Positions 57,393 to 64,000 of a stretch of 64,000 bases of DNA are shown here, one piece after another; within the stretch, counting starts at the first letter, position 1; each line of letters starts with the position of its first letter. A program made the position numbers and the translations under genes. The DNA comes from Candidatus Cloacimonadota bacterium (GTDB lineage Bacteria > Cloacimonadota > Cloacimonadia > G963667145), in assembly GCA_963667255.1 (NCBI GenBank), contig OY762940.1, positions 896,001-960,000 on the forward strand. The letters are read 5' to 3'. The notes beneath the pieces are model-generated. The model worked only from the letters and a program-made list of their open reading frames with translations, made no database searches and had not been told where the DNA came from.

Positions 57393-59438
57393 ATGGATTT
57401 TTTATTTGAAATTGGAACGGAAGAGATACCGGCAGGCTATATAGCAGGTGCTGTTGAGCAACTTGTGAAGTTTTTTCAAAAAGGCTTGGATGAGGCTGAA
57501 TTGAGTTTTGACGATTTGCAAGTTTTTGACACTCCGCGAAGAATGGCAATTTTGCTCAAGGGTTTGCCTGAGGGTCAACAAGATAAAGTTGTGGAGAAGA
57601 TTGGTCCGAAGGTGGAAGTTGCCTATGCGGAGGATGGCAAGAGTCTGTCCAATGCTGGCATGGGTTTTCTTCGCAGTAGTGGGTGTGATGAGTCGCAGGT
57701 TTTTGTTGTTGAGAGCAAAAAGGGGAAGAATATTGCCGTGAAGTTCGAGCAAAAAGGGCAGAAGACGAGCGAAATTTTGTCTCAACTTTGCACGGAATGT
57801 GTCTCAGCTATCAATTATCCCAAGTCGATGAAATGGGGTAGCGAGAGTTTTTTGTTTGCCAGACCCGTTCGTTGGTTGGTGGCTTTGCTGGATGATGAAG
57901 TTGTCAGCGTAGAGATTGCCGGCGTTAAATCGGGTAGAGTTACAAATTCTCACAGAGAGTTTGGGGGAAAACACGAGTTAGCTACTCCGAGTGATTATGA
58001 AGCTATTTTGTTGAGCGGTAGGGTTATCGCTAGTCGCAAGAAGAGATTTGAAAATGTTTTGCATCAATTTAACGAGTTGGATTTGGAAGTGGTTGAGGAT
58101 AATAAGTTGATGAATTTGGTTTGTGATATAGTTGAATATCCTGTCGTGATGGTCGGCGAATTTGACGAGAAATTTTTGGAATTGCCGGAGAAGATTATTA
58201 TCACTACTCTCTGTGAACATCAGAAGTGCTTTGCCACTCGTAAGAATGGGAAGTTGACGAACAAGTTTGTTTTTGTCTCCAACGGCAAAAAAGAGAATAG
58301 CGAGCTTATCATTGTGGGAAATCAGAAGGTGGCTAAGGCTCGCCTATCCGATGCGAAGTTCTTTTATACGGAAGACACCAAAAAGCCGCTGGCGGACTAT
58401 TATCAAGATTTGGAGCAAGTTACTTTTCAGCAGGATTTGGGTTCGCTGCTCTCCAAAGTGCAAAGAGTTGAGAAGATTTGTTCGTATTTGGCGGAAAGGT
58501 TAGCGATTGAAAATACTGATAGCTTGGATTTGGCTGCAAAGTTGTCCAAGTGTGATTTGGTGACCACGATGTTGGGCGAGAAGGAGTTTACCAAATTACA
58601 GGGGTATATGGGTCATCAATACGCTTTGGCTACGGGAGTTGACGCCTCCGTTGCTTTGGCGATAGAGGAACATTATTTGCCGAAAGGTTTGGGTGGAGAT
58701 TTGCCGACAACGGATTTGGGAGCGATTTTGGCTATTGCCGATAAGATTGATACTATTTGCGGAATTGTGGGAATCGGTATGCTTCCGACAGGTTCTGCCG
58801 ACCCATTTGCTCTCAGGCGTGCAGCTACGGGGATTTGCAGGATTATTTTGGATAGAAATTTGGATTTTGATTTGGTTGCGTTGGTTCAAAAGAGTTTCGC
58901 TCTTCAGCCCGATTGTGTGGACAGGAAGCACATCGATTTCGTTGTGGATTACCTGATGCAAAGAGTGAAGTATGTTTTCAGCCAAAACGAGGTTAAGGAC
59001 GATTTGCTTGTGGCTTTGCTTGGTGACCTATCGGAGATGAATTTAGCTAAGATTAGCAAGAAGATTGCAGTGTTGCAACCGATGTTGGCGATGGAGGAGT
59101 TCTTGCAATTGGTTTTGAGTTGCAAGAGAATCGATAACATCTTGATATCCGCCAAGCCTGAGGGAAAAGTAGCGGAAAATCTTTTGACGGAAGAGATGGA
59201 AGTAGAGTTGTATAATTTTTTCCAAAATCTCAAGTTGAGTGAAATTGATGATTTTGAGCAAAAGATAGCTAAGCTGATTGATTTTACTAGCGTTATCAAT
59301 AGGTTCTTCGACAAAATTATGGTGAATGCTGAGGACGAGAAGATTAAGAAGAACAGATGGAATTTGTTGGCTGCAATTAGAGAGGAGATTAAGGGCGTGA
59401 TGGATTTTGGCAAAATAGAAACGGGAGAGTTGAAATAA
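57393..59438 (+). CDS. glyS: Glycyl-tRNA synthetase beta subunit
   Basis: LFEIGTEEIP, TPRR, FARPVRW, RLSDAKFF, EF..LQG.MG, GS.DPFALRR. Confidence 0.96.
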   Translation: MDFLFEIGTEEIPAGYIAGAVEQLVKFFQKGLDEAELSFDDLQVFDTPRRMAILLKGLPEGQQDKVVEKIGPKVEVAYAEDGKSLSNAGMGFLRSSGCDESQVFVVESKKGKNIAVKFEQKGQKTSEILSQLCTECVSAINYPKSMKWGSESFLFARPVRWLVALLDDEVVSVEIAGVKSGRVTNSHREFGGKHELATPSDYEAILLSGRVIASRKKRFENVLHQFNELDLEVVEDNKLMNLVCDIVEYPVVMVGEFDEKFLELPEKIIITTLCEHQKCFATRKNGKLTNKFVFVSNGKKENSELIIVGNQKVAKARLSDAKFFYTEDTKKPLADYYQDLEQVTFQQDLGSLLSKVQRVEKICSYLAERLAIENTDSLDLAAKLSKCDLVTTMLGEKEFTKLQGYMGHQYALATGVDASVALAIEEHYLPKGLGGDLPTTDLGAILAIADKIDTICGIVGIGMLPTGSADPFALRRAATGICRIILDRNLDFDLVALVQKSFALQPDCVDRKHIDFVVDYLMQRVKYVFSQNEVKDDLLVALLGDLSEMNLAKISKKIAVLQPMLAMEEFLQLVLSCKRIDNILISAKPEGKVAENLLTEEMEVELYNFFQNLKLSEIDDFEQKIAKLIDFTSVINRFFDKIMVNAEDEKIKKNRWNLLAAIREEIKGVMDFGKIETGELK

Positions 59439-59448
59439 CTTAATTAAT

Positions 59449-59802
59449 ATGACGAAGGTATCTAAAAATATGCATTTGAGGCTGTTCGAGCTTTTTGGTA
59501 ACCCAAACCAGAAGTCAAAAAACAGCTATAGAATAATGAGTAGCGGAGAGCGGGAGTTTTTTACCGGCTCTGCTCAATCTTATTTGCTTGATTTGCTTTA
59601 CAGTTCTTCTATCGATTCGGGGACTTTCGAGACTATTATGGAGGTTTCGGGTGGTTTCTACCGATTTTACAAAGAAAAAATAGAAGTTGAAAATCTGAAA
59701 AAAATTGTGGAGTCTGTTGTTTTTTCGGGAGAAGAGAGCAGCGCGGATGCCAATATCAGTTTGATGGACAAGATTTATCCCGAAGAGGACGAGGTTAATT
59801 AA
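59449..59802 (+). CDS. Hypothetical protein, Smg/DUF494-like C-terminal half
   Basis: RIMS..ERE.F......YL..L.....ID....E.I pattern; directly upstream of topA, where smg usually lies. Confidence 0.5.
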   Translation: MTKVSKNMHLRLFELFGNPNQKSKNSYRIMSSGEREFFTGSAQSYLLDLLYSSSIDSGTFETIMEVSGGFYRFYKEKIEVENLKKIVESVVFSGEESSADANISLMDKIYPEEDEVN

Positions 59803-62013
59803 ATGGCAAAGAGCTTGTTAATAGTAGAGTCGCCGGCGAAGAGTAAAACGATTTCCAAATTTTTGGGGAGTAATTTTCGGATTGAGTCGTCCATGGGTCA
59901 CATCCGTGATTTGCCCAAGAGTAAATTGGGTGTGGATGTAGAAAACAATTTTGAGGTTAAATATACTAACGACAGGTCTAAAACAAAGATTACCAAAATA
60001 TTGAGGGAAGCTGCGAAAGAGGCTAAGGATATCTATTTGGCTGCTGACCCCGATAGGGAGGGAGAGGCGATTGCTTGGCATTTGACGGAGCTCCTGAAGA
60101 AAGAGATTAAAGATAAGCCTGTTTATCGGGTGATTTTCAATGAGATAACTCAGAGTGCGGTGCAAAAGGCGGTGCAAAATCCGCTTGATATTGATATGAA
60201 TATGGTGGATTCGCAGCAAGCACGAAGAGTTTTGGACAGGTTGGTTGGGTATGGGATTTCGCCATTAATTTGGCGAGTTATTTATTACGGACTGTCTGCG
60301 GGCAGAGTGCAATCGGTGGCGTTGAGGATTATTTGTGAGCGAGAAGAGTTGATTAACGCTTTTGTTTCGGAAGAGTATTGGGAGATTTTTGGGTTTTTCG
60401 GCAAAAGCAAATATTCGCCGTTCAAAGCTAAATTGGTTGCGATTGCGGGAGAAAAAGCCGAGTTTGTCAACAAAGAGCAGGTTGACGATTTTCTGAGCAA
60501 AATTGCCGGAAAGAGTGTAAAGATTGCCAATATTGTGGAGAGCGAGAGACAAAATCATCCGTTTCCGCCTTTCATAACTTCTACCTTGCAGAGAGCGGCT
60601 TCCACTTATTTGGGCTTTTCCGCCAAACGCACGATGTCTGTAGCTCAAAGGCTTTACGAAGGAATTGACTTAAAAAAACAAAGTGTCGGACTGATAACAT
60701 ATATGCGTACCGATTCCGTGCGGATGTCCGAGCAGGCTGTGCAAGCGAATAGAGAGTTCATTGTTGAGAATTTTGGGCAAAATTCGCTTGAGCCAAAGCC
60801 ACGATATTTCCAAGCCAAAAAAGGAGCTCAAGATGCTCACGAGGCTATCAGACCCACGGATGTCAGCAAAACTCCCGAGAGTATCAAAGAATTTTTGACT
60901 TCTGAGCAATTTAAACTTTATGAACTGATTTGGCAGAGATTTGTGGCTACACAGATGAAGCCTGCCGTGGTAAAATCCAAGAAAGTGGAAGTCGAAAAGG
61001 GTGATGCTCTTTTTGAGGCTCAAGGCGGTCATATTGTTGACCCCGGATTTACCGCTTGTTATAGGTTTACCAAGCTGTCGCTGGGAGAAAACATTGACCC
61101 CGCTTATAGCGTTGGGGACAATCTGGATATAGAGGAAATCTCGCCGGAGCAAAAGTTTACCACTCCGCCTGCTCGCTATACGGAGAGCTCGCTCATCAAG
61201 GAGTTGGAGAGCAATGGTATTGGCAGACCATCTACTTACGCCAATATTTTGTCAACTATCCAAGACAGAGGTTATGTTGAGTTGCAGGAGAAGAAATTTT
61301 ACGCTTTGGAGTTGGGTGTTGCTGTGAACAATTTTTTGGTAGGCAGTTTCGATTCATTTTTCAATACGGAATTTACTTCCGCAATGGAAAGCGATTTGGA
61401 CGAAATCAGCAGAGGGAAGCTGGATTGGAAAAAGTTTTTGAAGATTTATAATGATGCTATGTGTGGGTTGATGGACAAGGTAAATATCAAGAAAGCCAAA
61501 GAAAAATTGGTGATTTCAACCAAGACGAAATGTCCTGATTGCGGTAAAAATTTGGTTATCAAGTGGGGTCGCAACGGACAATTTTTGACATGTAGCAACT
61601 ATCCTACTTGTAAATTTTCGGCGAATTTTAGCAAAGACTCCAACGGGAAGATTGTTATCGAGAAAGAGAAAGTTTTGGACGATGTTTGCCCTGAATGTGG
61701 TAGCAAGTTGACTATCAAAAAAGGGAGATTTGGCGAATTTGTGGCTTGCACGGGTTATCCTAACTGCAAATTTTCCAAGCCTTTGACTCTGGGTGTGAAG
61801 TGTCCTGAATGTGGTGTGGGCGAGATTACGCAGAAGATGAGCAAGAAAGGCATTTTTTATGCATGCACCGAATATCCTAAGTGCAAGTTTGCTACGAGCT
61901 ACAAGCCGATTCCTATCACTTGTCCCGAGTGTGGCAATCCTTATATGGAGTTGAGGACGAAAAAAGGTAAAGAGATAAAAGTCTGTCCCAAGTGTGGACA
62001 AGAAGTGATATAA
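59803..62013 (+). CDS. topA: DNA topoisomerase I
   Basis: IVESPAK, DPDREGEAI, SAGRVQS, ITYMRTDS, GIGRPSTY, C-terminal Zn ribbons. Confidence 0.98.
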   Translation: MAKSLLIVESPAKSKTISKFLGSNFRIESSMGHIRDLPKSKLGVDVENNFEVKYTNDRSKTKITKILREAAKEAKDIYLAADPDREGEAIAWHLTELLKKEIKDKPVYRVIFNEITQSAVQKAVQNPLDIDMNMVDSQQARRVLDRLVGYGISPLIWRVIYYGLSAGRVQSVALRIICEREELINAFVSEEYWEIFGFFGKSKYSPFKAKLVAIAGEKAEFVNKEQVDDFLSKIAGKSVKIANIVESERQNHPFPPFITSTLQRAASTYLGFSAKRTMSVAQRLYEGIDLKKQSVGLITYMRTDSVRMSEQAVQANREFIVENFGQNSLEPKPRYFQAKKGAQDAHEAIRPTDVSKTPESIKEFLTSEQFKLYELIWQRFVATQMKPAVVKSKKVEVEKGDALFEAQGGHIVDPGFTACYRFTKLSLGENIDPAYSVGDNLDIEEISPEQKFTTPPARYTESSLIKELESNGIGRPSTYANILSTIQDRGYVELQEKKFYALELGVAVNNFLVGSFDSFFNTEFTSAMESDLDEISRGKLDWKKFLKIYNDAMCGLMDKVNIKKAKEKLVISTKTKCPDCGKNLVIKWGRNGQFLTCSNYPTCKFSANFSKDSNGKIVIEKEKVLDDVCPECGSKLTIKKGRFGEFVACTGYPNCKFSKPLTLGVKCPECGVGEITQKMSKKGIFYACTEYPKCKFATSYKPIPITCPECGNPYMELRTKKGKEIKVCPKCGQEVI

Positions 62014-62038
62014 AAAAATTTATTAAGGAGAGTCAATT

Positions 62039-63766
62039 ATGTCTAGCAAATCGAGTTTAGAATTTTACGACTCCATCGGCGATATTTCGCCTGTGAGAGC
62101 CGTGGTCGAGACCCTCTTGCATTCCAAAAGGGTAAGGAAGGTAACCGCTGCCGAAGCGTATGAGTTGGCACGGAAACAGTCCTGCGTAGATGAAACAGAT
62201 TTGGAAATTTACGAGGGAACAGCCAAACGGTTGGGACTTCCGAAGGGTGCCAAAGTGTTGGTGGACAATCACGGGAAAATCATCGGTAGAACAGCTAAAG
62301 CAAGAAGATTTTACGGGTATAGTTCCGCAGCTGACAAGAAGAAGTTGGACGGAGATTTGAGAGAAGCTGTTTATCAGATGCAAAAACAGCCGTTGATAAA
62401 AGCTGATGCCATTATTGGGCTTGATAGCGATTTGATGATAAAAGCGACTTACATTACCACCGAGTCTGATGCAAACAATGTTTTTAATTGGCTCTGCAAT
62501 TTTACACCGTTTGAGTCGATGGCAAAGGAGTATGCTGCCAGCAAAGAGTTGCCGATTCAGGACATTATAATTTTGGCTTTTAACGATTGGTCAAATAACG
62601 ACCCTTTTTATGAAAAGACAGGTGCTCCTCAATTGGCTTTGGTTGACCAAGGGCATAATGTAATCGTTAACTTAGGGATGCGTTATTTCGGAGAACGCAA
62701 AAAGGGGACTTTGACTTTGGCTTGGACTAGTGGTATGCGTTTGGGAATGGCTGCCAGTCATGGCGGGATTAAGGAGATTGATTTTTCCGATTGTGGTGGA
62801 GAGTATAGCAAATTGGGCAAAAGAGCGATAGCTTTCTATGGTTTGTCTGGAACAGGGAAATCCTCGCACACCAACTCTGCCGACAACGGTGGAACGATGC
62901 CTAAAGGTTTCAAAAAAGTTGTGTTGCATGACGACGCTTTCCAAATCGATGTTGAGAATAAAGTTTGTCGTGTTTGGGAGCCGAGTTTGTTCGACAAAAC
63001 TGATGCCAGAGATTTGGACAATCCAGAATGGAAATATCTTACCGCTGTGATGAACCACGCCTTGATTACTTACAAGGGGAAAGTTGTTCCTCTTGGTTTG
63101 GACGCTCGTCAAGAAAACGGAAGAGCTTTGTTTGACCGCGATTTGCTTGGTAAATGGGTAGATAGATGTGAATTTCCGAACTCTCTTGTTTGGTTGATGA
63201 AAGATACGATATTGCCTCCGATAATCAAAATTACGGACAAATATCTCTGTGTTGCCATGGGTGCTGCCCTGATGACCGAGAGAAACGCTGCGGAGAATGT
63301 GAAAGCAGAAGATTTGGGCAAATTGGTGTTTGTGCCTTATGCCAATCCATTCAGAGTTTACGAGCTTTACAAAGATGTGGAAGCTTTTAAGAGAGTGATA
63401 GAAAACGGTGCGGAGTGCTTTGTTTTCAATTCAGCAGGATTTTGGAAGAGCTCCGCTGATGATTTGGAAGACATTAAACTGCAAACTTCTTTGTCTTTGC
63501 AGACAGCTGTTCTTACCGATAGTTTGGAATGGGAAAAGTGGAGCGTGCTCCCTGGAGCGATGATACCTACCAAGGCTTCTATAGAGAAGATTTTGCCCGG
63601 GTATTACGAAAAATACAATCCAGATACTCGCAGTAATATGAAAGAGTATCATACAGTTATCAGAAGCAGATTCCGTCAAAGAATCGATTTCTTGGAAAAT
63701 TCGGATGTAGCTGACAAGCCGGAACTTTTGGATAGACTCATTGCTTCACTTAAGGTTAATTGTTAG
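62039..63766 (+). CDS. pckA: Phosphoenolpyruvate carboxykinase (ATP)
   Basis: YFGERKKG, GLSGTGKS, LHDDAF, FDKT, NGR, YANPFR. Confidence 0.85.
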   Translation: MSSKSSLEFYDSIGDISPVRAVVETLLHSKRVRKVTAAEAYELARKQSCVDETDLEIYEGTAKRLGLPKGAKVLVDNHGKIIGRTAKARRFYGYSSAADKKKLDGDLREAVYQMQKQPLIKADAIIGLDSDLMIKATYITTESDANNVFNWLCNFTPFESMAKEYAASKELPIQDIIILAFNDWSNNDPFYEKTGAPQLALVDQGHNVIVNLGMRYFGERKKGTLTLAWTSGMRLGMAASHGGIKEIDFSDCGGEYSKLGKRAIAFYGLSGTGKSSHTNSADNGGTMPKGFKKVVLHDDAFQIDVENKVCRVWEPSLFDKTDARDLDNPEWKYLTAVMNHALITYKGKVVPLGLDARQENGRALFDRDLLGKWVDRCEFPNSLVWLMKDTILPPIIKITDKYLCVAMGAALMTERNAAENVKAEDLGKLVFVPYANPFRVYELYKDVEAFKRVIENGAECFVFNSAGFWKSSADDLEDIKLQTSLSLQTAVLTDSLEWEKWSVLPGAMIPTKASIEKILPGYYEKYNPDTRSNMKEYHTVIRSRFRQRIDFLENSDVADKPELLDRLIASLKVNC

Positions 63767-63784
63767 TTAGTAGCGATTTATTGT

Positions 63785-63812
63785 AAGGCGACTTTCTTAG
63801 GTCGCCTTTTTT
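63785..63812. terminator. Intrinsic terminator after pckA
   Basis: aaggcgact...ggtcgcctt plus T run. Confidence 0.8.
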
Positions 63813-63869
63813 GTAGTGTATTTCTGTGCGATGGGGGGTTTAGTATCTTATAGATTTTGAAAAAGGTTT

Positions 63870-64000
63870 CTATTCTCTACTAAATTTTTTCTCCATTTCC
63901 TTATGACACTCTTTCAAAAATAGTTTTATTTTATTCATCTTTTTAGTATCATAATAGTCAATCATTAATTTGTCGTATTCTGTTTTCTTCTCTATGGGAA
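63870..64000 (-). CDS. 3' end of a gene extending beyond the window (possibly Fic-family)
   Basis: Open frame PIEKKTEYDKLMIDYYDTKKMNKIKLFLKECHKEMEKKFSRE*, convergent with pckA. Confidence 0.45.
   Translation of the reverse strand, partial: PIEKKTEYDKLMIDYYDTKKMNKIKLFLKECHKEMEKKFSRE

Overview
A 64-kb, AT-rich stretch of an anaerobic diderm bacterial chromosome (lipid A acyltransferase, LptF/G, [FeFe]-hydrogenase). Ca. Cloacimonadota is my tentative guess and cannot be proven from this window. Most of it is housekeeping: ileS, rplU/rpmA, rbfA, engB, tsaC, nrnA, truB, argH, his genes, lptFG, dus, parAB, rpsU, phoBR-like, glmM, glyS, topA, pckA, tRNA-Val(GAC) and tRNA-Ala(GGC). There are two almost identical 1111-bp IS256-like elements with 8-bp target duplications; one splits a methyltransferase and the other sits between a surface-lipoprotein gene and its leader. 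The most unusual items are: (1) a receptor-like fusion of signal peptide, LRRs, a transmembrane helix and RibF (FAD synthetase) directly upstream of the hydrogenase cluster; (2) a hydrogenase operon with one HydA but two different NuoE/NuoF modules, one with bifurcating-type and one with non-bifurcating-type motifs, plus a HydD lacking its cluster cysteines and a degenerate sensory hydrogenase fused to DRTGG; (3) a candidate phase-variable attenuator, (AGTC)5 inside a leader peptide that ends at a terminator; (4) a HisC-HAD phosphatase fusion; (5) a tRNA-Val with C at the near-invariant U33. No CRISPR array, rRNA or reverse transcriptase was seen. All protein calls come from motif recognition by eye, not database searches.
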